Positions 11,060 through 20,637 of a DNA stretch of 32,000 nucleotides are shown one piece after another. Positions within the stretch are counted from its first letter, which is position 1. Each line of letters starts with the position of its first letter. Made by a program: the position numbers and the translations under genes. Source of the DNA: Nitrosospira multiformis ATCC 25196 (GTDB lineage Bacteria; Pseudomonadota; Gammaproteobacteria; Burkholderiales; Nitrosomonadaceae); assembly GCF_000196355.1 (NCBI RefSeq), contig NC_007614.1:2640001-2672000 (forward strand), read 5' to 3'. Below the pieces are notes generated by a model. It was not told the DNA's origin. It worked only from the letters and a program-made list of their open reading frames with translations, and ran no database searches.

Positions 11060-12667
11060 TCAAACATCGACAGACTCCTGAAACACAAGCCCGGCGTGCT
11101 CGCGCATTTTGTGGAAACGAATGTGTTTCCAGTTTTCTTCGGCCACGCTGAGTTCCGCGCCAAAGGAGGCCAGGAATGTCGGTGCGCCCACGGCATCATA
11201 AGCGACGCGGTGGGCGTTGGTGTCGATGAAACGTTTGAGTTCGCGTGCATCCTCAGCGGTAATCCATCGCGCCAGCTGGTATTTCGCGGGAGCAAGACGT
11301 GCATCCACGCTGTATTCATACTTGAGGCGATGTGCGACAACGTCGAATTGTAAAGCTCCAACGGCGCCGAGCAGCAGCGCGCTGCCCAGGTGAGGCCTGA
11401 AAACCTGGATTGCACCCTCTTCGCCCAATTGCGCCAGCCCCAGTTTGAGCTGCTTGCTGCGCATGGGATCGGCGATTTCCACGGTCTGAAAGATTTCCGG
11501 CGCGAAAAATGGCAGACCGGTAAACTGCAAACGCTCTCCTTCTGTCAACGTATCCCCGAGTTGCAGTGTCCCATGATTGGGAATGCCAATGATATCTCCG
11601 GGATAGGCAACGTCGAGCAGGTCGCGCCGTTGGGAGAGAAAAGATACGACCCCGTTGGTACGAATATCCTTGTCGTTACGCGCAATTCTCAGGTTCATGC
11701 CGCGTTCGAACCGGCCGGAACAGATGCGAACGAAGGCGATACGATCCCGATGGGCTGGATTCATGTTGGCCTGAATCTTGAACACTACCCCCGTAAACCG
11801 GAGTTCATGCGGCTGGACATGACGCTGCAATGCGCTGCGTGAACCAGGGGGGGGGGCAAGACCTACCAGGGCATCCAGCACTTCACGGATGCCGAAGTTA
11901 TTAATGGCCGAACCGAAAAAAACCGGAGTCTGGCGGCCTGCGAGAAACGCTTCCTGGTCGAATTCCGGTGAGGCGCCTCTTATCAGCTCGATTTCCTGCT
12001 GCAGATTCGCGGCCTGGTCTCCAAAACGTTCTGCCAACAGGGGGTTATCCAGGCCTTGGATGATCTCATCTTCATCGTCCAGCCTGTCAGAACCGGGATG
12101 AAAAACACGCATGTGATTGTGCCGCAGATCGAAGACGCCTTGAAAACCGCGCCCCATCCCCATGGGCCACGTAAACGGTACCGCTGCCATGCGCAGTGTT
12201 CGCTCGATCTCATCGATGAGATCGAGTGGCTCGCGCACTTCCCGGTCCATCTTGTTTACAAAAGTGATAATGGGGGTGTTACGCGCGCGGCACACTTCCA
12301 GCAAGCGCAACGTCTGGGCTTCCACGCCGTTGCCGGCATCGATCACCATGAGGGCGGCATCCACTGCGGTCAGCACCCGGTAAGTATCCTCCGAGAAATC
12401 CTGATGACCCGGCGTATCGAGCAGATTGATGACACAATCCCCATACTCCATCTGCATGACCGAGCTGGCAACCGAAATGCCCCGTTGCTTCTCGATCTCC
12501 ATCCAGTCGGAGGTCGCGTGGCGGCTCGCCTTCCGCGCCTTGACGCTGCCGGCGATATGGATGGCGCCGGCAAATAACAGTAATTTTTCCGTGAGTGTCG
12601 TTTTACCGGCATCCGGGTGAGAAATTATGGCAAACGTGCGCCTGCGCGCCACTTCCTGACCAACCAT
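11060..12667 (-). CDS. prfC: Peptide chain release factor 3
   Basis: 535 aa; RTFAIISHPDAGKTTLTEKLLLFAGAIHIAGSVKARKASRHATSDWMEIEKQRGISVASSVMQ, DTPGHQDFSEDTYR, NKMDRE. Confidence 0.97.
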   Translation of the reverse strand: MVGQEVARRRTFAIISHPDAGKTTLTEKLLLFAGAIHIAGSVKARKASRHATSDWMEIEKQRGISVASSVMQMEYGDCVINLLDTPGHQDFSEDTYRVLTAVDAALMVIDAGNGVEAQTLRLLEVCRARNTPIITFVNKMDREVREPLDLIDEIERTLRMAAVPFTWPMGMGRGFQGVFDLRHNHMRVFHPGSDRLDDEDEIIQGLDNPLLAERFGDQAANLQQEIELIRGASPEFDQEAFLAGRQTPVFFGSAINNFGIREVLDALVGLAPPPGSRSALQRHVQPHELRFTGVVFKIQANMNPAHRDRIAFVRICSGRFERGMNLRIARNDKDIRTNGVVSFLSQRRDLLDVAYPGDIIGIPNHGTLQLGDTLTEGERLQFTGLPFFAPEIFQTVEIADPMRSKQLKLGLAQLGEEGAIQVFRPHLGSALLLGAVGALQFDVVAHRLKYEYSVDARLAPAKYQLARWITAEDARELKRFIDTNAHRVAYDAVGAPTFLASFGAELSVAEENWKHIRFHKMREHAGLVFQESVDV

Positions 12668-12684
12668 TCGGGGTATTCCTTCTC

Positions 12685-14784
12685 TTATGCCTGTGTTTTA
12701 CGGTCTGACTGCTCCTCGTCTTGAGGATAAAGATAGCAGTGTGCCGTATGCGTTGAACTGAATGTGCTTGCTGCCGGGTAGTTTTTATGGCAGACCGGCA
12801 TGACATGGGAGCAACGGGGATGAAAATGGCAGCCCTGCGGCGGATTGGCGGGGGACGGAAGGTCGCCGTGCAGGCGAATAACCTTCCGCTTCGACTCCAG
12901 TTCGATAACGGGAACAGCGGATAACAATGCCTGCGTATAGGGATGGCGGGGACTGCCCAGAACTTCGTCCACTGTCCCGCGTTCCACTATCCTTCCCAGA
13001 TACATGACCGCGATCTCATCCGCAATGTATTCGACCACTGAAATATTATGGGTGATGAACAGATAGGCCAGGCCCAGATTGCGCTGCAATTCCCTCAACA
13101 GATTTAAAATCTGAGCCTGTACCGACACATCCAGGGCACTGGTGGGCTCATCACATACGATCAGCTTCGGCTTGACGGCCAATGCGCGGGCAATGGCTAT
13201 CCGCTGGCGCTGCCCGCCGGAGAATTCATGCGGGTAACGCCATTTGGTCTCTGCTGGCAGGCCGACACTTTCGAGTAGCCCGTCCACTCTTTTTTCCTTG
13301 CGTTCTTTTCCGTCATCTTCGACCCTGAGGGCGTTCATCCCCTCTTCGATAATATCGACAATGCGCATTCTGGGATTGAGTGAGGAATACGGATCCTGGA
13401 ATATAAGCTGGAATTCGCCCCGCAGTCTCCTTAACCGGGTGCGCTCCAGGCCTACCAGTTCCATCCCGTTGTAGCGCACGCTGCCCGCTGTGGGAGGGAT
13501 GAGTTGCAGCATGGCTTTTCCTGCCGTCGTCTTTCCGCAGCCGGATTCTCCCACCAGCGCCAACGTTCTGCCCCGATCAATCTTGAGGGATATTCCGTCG
13601 ACTGCCTTGACGTACCCCCCTACACGCCTCATCAAGCCCTTGTGGATAGGGAAATAAACCTTCAGATCAGTAACGGATAAAAGGGAACCATCAGGCGTTG
13701 AGTGCTCCACTGCAGCGCCAGGGAATGATTCAAATTCTCTGCTTTCCGCATCCCGCGTTGCCGGCGCGCCTGCTTGCGCCGAAACCGCTGGTTTGACGAT
13801 CTTCGATCCAAAATTCTGATTAAAGAGGTGACATCTTACCTGCTGCTCTCCGGTCAGCGCGGTCCATCCCGGCGCAACCTGATGACACAATTCCCAAGCC
13901 TGATCGCACCGGTCCGCAAAACGGCAGCCCACGAATTCCCGTGACAGGGAGGGAACGTTGCCCCTGATCGCATCCAGCCGATGACCCTGTTTGCGTCTGT
14001 CCCTGCCGGGCAAGGCAGCAAGGAGCTTACGGGAATAGGGATGCGCCGGGCCGCGAAAAAATGCCTCACGGCTCGCCGTCTCCACGATTTCCCCTGCATA
14101 CATTACTCCCACCCGATGCGCCATTTCCGAAGCCACACCGAGATCGTGCGTAATCAGCAAAATTGCCATACCTTTCTGCTGCTGTAAACTACGCATGAGT
14201 TCCAGCACTTGTGCCTGAATGGTCACATCGAGCGCGGTGGTGGGCTCGTCGGCAATCAGAAGCTCTGGCTCCCCGGCCAGGGCCATGGCAATCATCATCC
14301 GTTGCTTCATTCCACCGGAAAACTGGAAAGGATATTCGTTCATGCGTCTTGCTGCATCTGGTATTCCTACCTGATCTAGAATTTCCACGATGCGTTTTTC
14401 TGCCGCTGGTCCCCGCAAATCGAAATGGCGCTGCAATACCTCGCCAATCTGCTGCGCCACGGTCATCACCGGATTGAGGCTTAGCATGGGCTCCTGAAAA
14501 ATCATGCCAATGCGCTTCCCGCGCACATTGCGCATGGCTGCTTCGGGAAGCAGCAGAAGATCCTCCCCCCCCAGACAGACAGAACCGCCCACGATTTCGC
14601 CGGCTTCCGGCAACAGCCGCATTATCGAAAGCGCCGTGATGGATTTGCCACACCCCGATTCTCCAAGAAGTGCGAATGTTTCACCCTTCATGATCTGCAG
14701 CGTAAGCCCATCGACCGCCCAAACCGGTCGCGGCTCGGTGTGCAAAACCGTCTCTAGATTTTTGATTTGCAGGACAGAACTCAT
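12685..14784 (-). CDS. yejF: Fused dual ATP-binding protein of a peptide/microcin-C-type ABC transporter (YejF-like)
   Basis: 699 aa with two complete ABC cassettes: [43 protein letters not shown] and [51 protein letters not shown]. Confidence 0.9.
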   Translation of the reverse strand: MSSVLQIKNLETVLHTEPRPVWAVDGLTLQIMKGETFALLGESGCGKSITALSIMRLLPEAGEIVGGSVCLGGEDLLLLPEAAMRNVRGKRIGMIFQEPMLSLNPVMTVAQQIGEVLQRHFDLRGPAAEKRIVEILDQVGIPDAARRMNEYPFQFSGGMKQRMMIAMALAGEPELLIADEPTTALDVTIQAQVLELMRSLQQQKGMAILLITHDLGVASEMAHRVGVMYAGEIVETASREAFFRGPAHPYSRKLLAALPGRDRRKQGHRLDAIRGNVPSLSREFVGCRFADRCDQAWELCHQVAPGWTALTGEQQVRCHLFNQNFGSKIVKPAVSAQAGAPATRDAESREFESFPGAAVEHSTPDGSLLSVTDLKVYFPIHKGLMRRVGGYVKAVDGISLKIDRGRTLALVGESGCGKTTAGKAMLQLIPPTAGSVRYNGMELVGLERTRLRRLRGEFQLIFQDPYSSLNPRMRIVDIIEEGMNALRVEDDGKERKEKRVDGLLESVGLPAETKWRYPHEFSGGQRQRIAIARALAVKPKLIVCDEPTSALDVSVQAQILNLLRELQRNLGLAYLFITHNISVVEYIADEIAVMYLGRIVERGTVDEVLGSPRHPYTQALLSAVPVIELESKRKVIRLHGDLPSPANPPQGCHFHPRCSHVMPVCHKNYPAASTFSSTHTAHCYLYPQDEEQSDRKTQA

Positions 14785-16283
14785 GACGGGAGAGAATCCT
14801 CCGAGGGAGAAGAGGATTTGGTCACCGGTTCTTCCCGATGCTTTTTACGGCGCCATGTTCGCGCCAGTGCGGCTAGAGTCTTCATCCTTGGATCGAACGC
14901 ATTCTGTACCGCATCGGCAAAGAGATTTGCGCTCAGGACCAGCGCAAACATGAAGCTGAAGGCGGCAAACAGCGCCCACCACACCATGGGTTCCCGCGCC
15001 ATTTCCAGGCGCGCGGCGTTGATCATGGTGCCAAAACTGATGGTTGAGGGATCAACACCCACTCCCACATAGGACAGTACAGCCTCTGCCAGCACCAGAC
15101 CGCTGAAATCCATCACGGTGGTGATCAGCACGATGTGCATCACGTTGGGGATAATGTGGCGGCTGATGATGCGCCAGTGGGAAACACCGAATGCGGTGGC
15201 TGCCTGGATATATTCCATTTCGCGCAGCTTCAGGGTTTCGCCCCGCAGAAGCCGGCACAGGCCGGTCCAGCTTGTAACCCCCAATATGATGCAGAGAAAC
15301 AGCAAGCGGAGATCAGCACGCGCAGCGATTGTATCGAAGAGCTCAGGATGAGTCTCCATGTAAACCTGCATCATCAGCACCGTGGCAGCAATCAGCAGAA
15401 CACCGGGAATCGAACTGAGCGTGGTGTACAGGTATTGAATCAAGTCATCTACCCAACCCCGGAAATAACCTGCGGCGACTCCGAGAAGCAGTGCAAAAGG
15501 AAGCATCATCAGTGTCGTGAGCGTTCCTATGAGCAGTCCGGTACGGATACTCTTGAGGGACTGGTAAAATACGTCCTGCCCCACCTTGTCAGTGCCAAGA
15601 ATGTGGTAATCGCTGCACAATGCAAGAGCCGCGCCGCCAAGCAGCAATATCAGGGCAAGCGTCACAAATACCGCTCTCCACGGCACCGGAGTAATACCCC
15701 GCCAGATTGCGGAGAACGTGGATAAAAACCTTTCATTCCTGCGGTGCGCCACGAGCGCTATCACCGATGTCGCGATCAAGAACCAGAGCAGCAGGGCCAA
15801 CCCCGTGCCTGCTGCAGCTCTGGTGGCAATATCGCCGGCGAGCTGAGCTTCCGGATCCTGCAGGTGCGCTCCGCCGAATTTCAGGCGGGGGAATTCGCGT
15901 ACCTGCCCTCCATCCGGCAACTCCACGGTTTCGCGAGCGTAGAGATGCGTGGCGAAAGGCGCCGAATAGGTTGTCTCCACCTGCGTGCGCAGAGGCGTGC
16001 CAAGCAGGTCGAGCAGGCTCAGCACTTCGACTCCGTAAGCGGCTTCACTGCCGCCATTACCGTTTTGGATGGCGGGACGCAAATGTATCGTGTCGAGCAA
16101 CCCGATAACGATAAAGAACATCAGTATGGTGAGAGCCGCCATGCCGCTTGCACTATGTCCGACGCGCCGCCAGGGGGCGAGAAGATGTTCATGGCGCCGC
16201 ACCTGCCAGGCAAAGATAACGATTACGGCAATCAGAACGTAAACGAGCGCATCAGTCCACAGGATTACAGGTTTGAAAGACAT
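14781..16283 (-). CDS. yejE: ABC transporter permease, YejE/DppC-like, with N-terminal extension
   Basis: 500 aa; HILGTDKVGQDVFYQSLKSIRTGLLIG, EAVLSYVGVGVDPSTISFGTMINAARLEMAREPMVWW; ATGA overlap with the ATPase gene; about 230 aa N-terminal extension with extra TM segments. Confidence 0.85.
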   Translation of the reverse strand: MSFKPVILWTDALVYVLIAVIVIFAWQVRRHEHLLAPWRRVGHSASGMAALTILMFFIVIGLLDTIHLRPAIQNGNGGSEAAYGVEVLSLLDLLGTPLRTQVETTYSAPFATHLYARETVELPDGGQVREFPRLKFGGAHLQDPEAQLAGDIATRAAAGTGLALLLWFLIATSVIALVAHRRNERFLSTFSAIWRGITPVPWRAVFVTLALILLLGGAALALCSDYHILGTDKVGQDVFYQSLKSIRTGLLIGTLTTLMMLPFALLLGVAAGYFRGWVDDLIQYLYTTLSSIPGVLLIAATVLMMQVYMETHPELFDTIAARADLRLLFLCIILGVTSWTGLCRLLRGETLKLREMEYIQAATAFGVSHWRIISRHIIPNVMHIVLITTVMDFSGLVLAEAVLSYVGVGVDPSTISFGTMINAARLEMAREPMVWWALFAAFSFMFALVLSANLFADAVQNAFDPRMKTLAALARTWRRKKHREEPVTKSSSPSEDSLPS

Positions 16284-16304
16284 GTCAACCTTGCCGGAAT
16301 ATTG

Positions 16305-17282
16305 TCATTCCAGCCTTATCCTCGGATCTACAAGCGTATAGGAAATGTCGGTCAATATCAGTCCGACGATATAGAGCAACGATCCCAGGAAAACCATCAC
16401 GCGCACCACGGCAAAATCCTGAGAGTTGATCGCATCGATGGTATAGCTGCCCAACCCCGGAATGCCGAAAAATGATTCCACGATCAGGCTTCCCAGAAAC
16501 AGCAGGGGAATTACCACAACGGCACCGGTAAGAATTGGAATCAGGGCGTTCTGCAGCACATGCCGGAACAGCACGGCGCTTTCCGGCAGACCCTTGGCAC
16601 GGGCAGTACGCACGTAGTCCTTGCCCATTTCCTCCAGAAAAAGTGTCCGGTACCAGCGCGTATTCGCGCCGGCGGCGCTGATGACGCCGATAATCACCGG
16701 CAGCACCAGGAACTTGGCCGAATCCAGCCCCTGGCTGTAACCCGATATGGGCACGAGATGCCACAATTTGCTGATCAGAAATTGCCCTCCGATAATATAG
16801 AACAGGCTTGATATGGACATTAGCGCGACGCATAGTACCACACCCCAAAAATCCACGTAGGTGGCCCGAAAAAATACCATCGTCAATGCGAAGGCGATAT
16901 AAACGATGAGTCCCAGCACGAATACCGGAAGTGCAATAGCGAGACTGGGGAGCATGCGCGTCCTGATTTCGTAGGCGATATCGCGCCCGTCATCCGCGCG
17001 GCCGAAGCGGAACGCGAACATGGCGACGGATTTCTCGAAAAATATGGTACGGGTGATTTTCTCCAGGCCCTCCCGGGCGTTGTTGAACATCAGCGGCTGA
17101 TCATAGCCGCGTTCCTGTTTCCACTTGGCGATGGCGTCCGGTGTAACACGCTTGATGCCAAGCTGCATGCGCGCCATGTCATCGGGCGTATTTACGACGA
17201 AAAACAAGGTGAAAGTAATCAGGTTTACGCCAACCAGGATGGGAATCGCATACAGGATGCGCCGGATGATGTAATTAAGCAT
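16305..17282 (-). CDS. yejB: ABC transporter permease, YejB-like
   Basis: 325 aa; MLNYIIRRILYAIPILVGVNLITFTLFFVVNTPDD..., ETGAVVV-type loop, FFGIPGLGSYTIDAINSQDFAVVRVMVFLGSLLYIVGLILTDISYTLVDPRIRL. Confidence 0.88.
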   Translation of the reverse strand: MLNYIIRRILYAIPILVGVNLITFTLFFVVNTPDDMARMQLGIKRVTPDAIAKWKQERGYDQPLMFNNAREGLEKITRTIFFEKSVAMFAFRFGRADDGRDIAYEIRTRMLPSLAIALPVFVLGLIVYIAFALTMVFFRATYVDFWGVVLCVALMSISSLFYIIGGQFLISKLWHLVPISGYSQGLDSAKFLVLPVIIGVISAAGANTRWYRTLFLEEMGKDYVRTARAKGLPESAVLFRHVLQNALIPILTGAVVVIPLLFLGSLIVESFFGIPGLGSYTIDAINSQDFAVVRVMVFLGSLLYIVGLILTDISYTLVDPRIRLE

Positions 17283-17291
17283 CAGTCATCC

Positions 17292-19559
17292 CTACCCCTG
17301 CGCTTCCATTTTCAGCGCAACATCCGATATTCCTCTCCCTCGTTCCCTACGCCGGTAAACAAGCACGGCGGGAAGCAGACTTCCGGCAAGCACGGCCAGT
17401 CCTACAACCATCGGCCAGACTACTGGTTCATTCCATTCACGCCGCTTCTGCTCACGCAAAACGCCATCAATGCGCAGATATTTGGCATTGTTGTTTGACA
17501 TCCTGTTCGGCTTTACGTTGCCATACCATGAGTGATACAGGCCATAATCCTTGGGATGATAGCCCCATAGCCAGGGTGCGTCATGACGCAGGATATTGAC
17601 CATTCTATCGATGATTTTCTGGCGAGCGGGACCGTTCTCCATATTCTTCATTTGCTCGAACAACCGGTTATATTCGGAATTGGAGTAATTGGAAGCGTTC
17701 TCGCCTTCATGGTCTACCTTCTGCTGCGGGCCATGTAACAGGAACAGGAAATTCTCCGGATCGGGATAGTCGGCGTTCCAGCCCCACTCGAAAATCTGGG
17801 CATTACCCTTGCGGATCTTGTCCTGAAAGCGGTTGTAGTCCGTGCTGCGCACCACCAACTGGATGTTGAGTTTCTGAAATTGCTTGCGCATCCAGTCGAG
17901 ACTGGATTTATCCTCCGCGCCGCGAGCCGTGACATCGAAATAAAGTACGAGGGGCGCGCCGGTTTTCGCGCTGATACCGTTGGGATAGCCTGCCTCTGCC
18001 AGTAATGCCTTGGCCACTTCGACGGATTTGCGGCGGGACCGTCCGTTTACCCACTCATAGACAACCGGGTTGATGCCTTCCTTACCCTCCCGGTGACCGG
18101 CAATGCCGGGAGCAATCGGACCTTGCGCGGGAATCCCACGCCCGTTGGCAAATATGGAGACATACTCCTCATAATCCACCGCAATGGAAATCGCCTGGCG
18201 CAACTTCCTGGCCGATTCGCGGCCATGCTTCCCCACCCCGCCGACGACCGGGTCGAGCATGTTGAAACCGACATAGTTTGTGGAAGCCGCAACAGCCGTT
18301 TCCAGCCGAATGCCCTGCTCCTTCATGGCTTCGGTTACGGTGGCTTCTCCCTGTCCTGTCAACTGCACGGCCTGGTCGAAACTGTCGGAACCGATATTCG
18401 ATGAATCGTAGTAACCCTGCAGAAACTTGTTCCAGCGCGGAATGCTTTCCTTCTCCCGGCTATATACGATCTTTTCTATAAAAGGCAGGGGCTTGCCCGC
18501 ATCTTTCAGCAACCCCGCTTCCACATCTCCTGGCATTCCATCGGCAGGATAGGTTTCGCCATGAAAATTGGGATTCCTTTCCAGGACCATTGTCCGATTG
18601 GGGTTATTTTCCGACAGCATATAAGGGCCGGTCCCGACGGGATACCAGTCGAGGTTGATATTTTTTTCTGCCAATCCTTTCTGACTGTAGAAGCGCTCAG
18701 CCTCCCAAGGAATAGGAGCGAAAAAAGGCATGGTGAGCCAGTACCTGAACTGGGGATATTTGCCCTTGATCTTGATGCGATAGGTATACCGGTCCACCAC
18801 TTCGGCCCCCTCCAGGGGGTAACGCGCAAGATCCAGGTAATCCTCGCCGTCCTGCTCGCCTCCGCTCTGCTCCCCCTGCTCCCTGGACTGCTCTTTGGCC
18901 GCCATCTCGAGCATCGCCGCATATTCCTTGAGGCCCACGATGTAATCGGACATCAGGCCAAAAATGGGAGAGTGCAGCCGGGGATGAGCCAGCCGCTTGA
19001 CCTGGAAAACGTAATCCGCAGCCGTGAGTTCCCGGGAGCCGGTTTGTGGAAAATCGCTCAACTTGTAAATGCCACGTACGTCCTCCTCGCCAAGCCGGTG
19101 ATAAAGGAACTTTCCCTGTGAGTCCCTGGCAAAGGCCGGATGAGGTTGATAACGTATACCGGACTTGATTGAAATTTCATAAACGGTAAAGGCGATCTGA
19201 GCGGCGTCCACATTGTCGCCCAGGCGCGCGCCTTTTTCATCGAAATAATGCACCTCCGGCATTTTCGTCGCGGTAGCGGGAATCAATTCGTAGGGGCGTT
19301 TCAGGTAATGGTATTGCAGCGGCGGTTCATATATCTGCGCCGTAAAAAGAATCTCATTGGAACTGTAGGACTGCACGGGGTCCAGATGCTTGGGGCGTTC
19401 GGCAAAAGCTGCATAAAGTATATTTTTTTCCGCATCCGCGGCAGGATATGGACTGTTCCACGGGTTGCCGCTGCAGGCGCACACCAGAACAGCAAGGAAT
19501 GCGGGAAGGAGGTGCGTGGCTGGCAAGGTTGGGGCCTTATTCAGAAATTGGGTAAACAC
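17292..19559 (-). CDS. Extracellular solute-binding protein, family 5 (peptide-binding), with C-terminal TM anchor
   Basis: 755 aa from GTG; AERPKHLDPVQSYSSNEILFTAQIYEPPLQYHY, YPVGTGPYMLSENNPNRTMVLERNPNFHGETYP, first gene of the transporter operon. Ends with VVWPMVVGLAVLAGSLLPAVLVYRRRER. Confidence 0.88.
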   Translation of the reverse strand: MFTQFLNKAPTLPATHLLPAFLAVLVCACSGNPWNSPYPAADAEKNILYAAFAERPKHLDPVQSYSSNEILFTAQIYEPPLQYHYLKRPYELIPATATKMPEVHYFDEKGARLGDNVDAAQIAFTVYEISIKSGIRYQPHPAFARDSQGKFLYHRLGEEDVRGIYKLSDFPQTGSRELTAADYVFQVKRLAHPRLHSPIFGLMSDYIVGLKEYAAMLEMAAKEQSREQGEQSGGEQDGEDYLDLARYPLEGAEVVDRYTYRIKIKGKYPQFRYWLTMPFFAPIPWEAERFYSQKGLAEKNINLDWYPVGTGPYMLSENNPNRTMVLERNPNFHGETYPADGMPGDVEAGLLKDAGKPLPFIEKIVYSREKESIPRWNKFLQGYYDSSNIGSDSFDQAVQLTGQGEATVTEAMKEQGIRLETAVAASTNYVGFNMLDPVVGGVGKHGRESARKLRQAISIAVDYEEYVSIFANGRGIPAQGPIAPGIAGHREGKEGINPVVYEWVNGRSRRKSVEVAKALLAEAGYPNGISAKTGAPLVLYFDVTARGAEDKSSLDWMRKQFQKLNIQLVVRSTDYNRFQDKIRKGNAQIFEWGWNADYPDPENFLFLLHGPQQKVDHEGENASNYSNSEYNRLFEQMKNMENGPARQKIIDRMVNILRHDAPWLWGYHPKDYGLYHSWYGNVKPNRMSNNNAKYLRIDGVLREQKRREWNEPVVWPMVVGLAVLAGSLLPAVLVYRRRERGRGISDVALKMEAQG

Positions 19560-19841
19560 AGGCTTGATGATACAGCGGCAATTCTTGATTCCTCATGGGC
19601 GGATTTTCGGCAAACCGTGTGATTCTACAAGCATGCAGCAGTTGAAGCTATAATGCCGGAGTTGGCCGGGCTCAGCGTGTATTTCAGTTCGATGCCATGC
19701 GTCACGTTATTTGCCGTGTACCTTGACCCTCAGTTTCTTCAAGAGTTCAAGCCGTGCGTGCGACTGCGAGACATCCGGATAAAACAGGGATGCAGTATTT
19801 CTATATTTCACATCATTACTCCAACGCCGCAAGGATATGAC

Positions 19842-20624
19842 ATGACATTTCTCGCCAACAAGCGCATTCTCGTCACGGGCCTTCTGACCAACCGTTCGAT
19901 TGCATATGGCATCGCAAAGGCGATGCATCGCGAGGGCGCCCAGCTTGCCTTTACTTATCAAGGGGAAGGTGTGCGTGAACGGGTCGAAAAAGTCATTAAG
20001 GAATTTGACAGCGATTTGCTGTTTCCCTGTGATGTTTCAAAGGATGAGGAAATCGATCGATGTTTCGATGATCTCTCAAAACGCTGGGATGGCCTCGATG
20101 GCATCGTTCACTCCATTGCCTTTGCTCCACGCGAGGCGCTCAGCGGAGATTATCTTGAAACCGTAAACCGGGAGGCTTTTCGTATTGCCCACGATGTCAG
20201 TTCCTACAGTTTCGCTGCGCTGGCAAAAGCTGCCCTTCCGCTCATGCAGGGACGAAATGGCGCGCTTCTGACACTCTCCTATCTGGGTGCAGCAAGGGTG
20301 ATGCCGAATTACAACGTCATGGGACTGGCCAAGGCAAGTCTCGAAGCCAACGTCCGCTTCATGGCTTCCAGCCTGGGTCCCAAGGGAATACGGGTCAATG
20401 CGATTTCGGCAGGGCCGATCAAAACCTTGGCTGCCGCGGGAATCGGCAACTTTGGAAAACTGCTGAGCTACACGGAGAAGGTCGCGCCGCTGCGGCGTAA
20501 TGTATCGATCATGGATGTGGGCAATGTGGCCGCCTTTCTATGCAGTGATCTGGCAAGCGGCATAACAGGCGAAATTACCCATGTCGATGCCGGATTCAAC
20601 ACGATTGCCTTCGATACCCTCTAA
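19842..20624 (+). CDS. fabI: Enoyl-[acyl-carrier-protein] reductase (NADH)
   Basis: 260 aa from ATG 19842 ([41 protein letters not shown]...), Y-x6-K motif [32 protein letters not shown]. The ORF track start at 19653 is an upstream extension. Confidence 0.95.
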   Translation: MTFLANKRILVTGLLTNRSIAYGIAKAMHREGAQLAFTYQGEGVRERVEKVIKEFDSDLLFPCDVSKDEEIDRCFDDLSKRWDGLDGIVHSIAFAPREALSGDYLETVNREAFRIAHDVSSYSFAALAKAALPLMQGRNGALLTLSYLGAARVMPNYNVMGLAKASLEANVRFMASSLGPKGIRVNAISAGPIKTLAAAGIGNFGKLLSYTEKVAPLRRNVSIMDVGNVAAFLCSDLASGITGEITHVDAGFNTIAFDTL

Positions 20625-20637
20625 TCCCGGAGCATGC

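Noticed and set aside
12685-14784. Possible gene fusion or assembly error because the ATPase has two ABC cassettes
   Set aside because: Two-cassette fusion is the standard YejF architecture.
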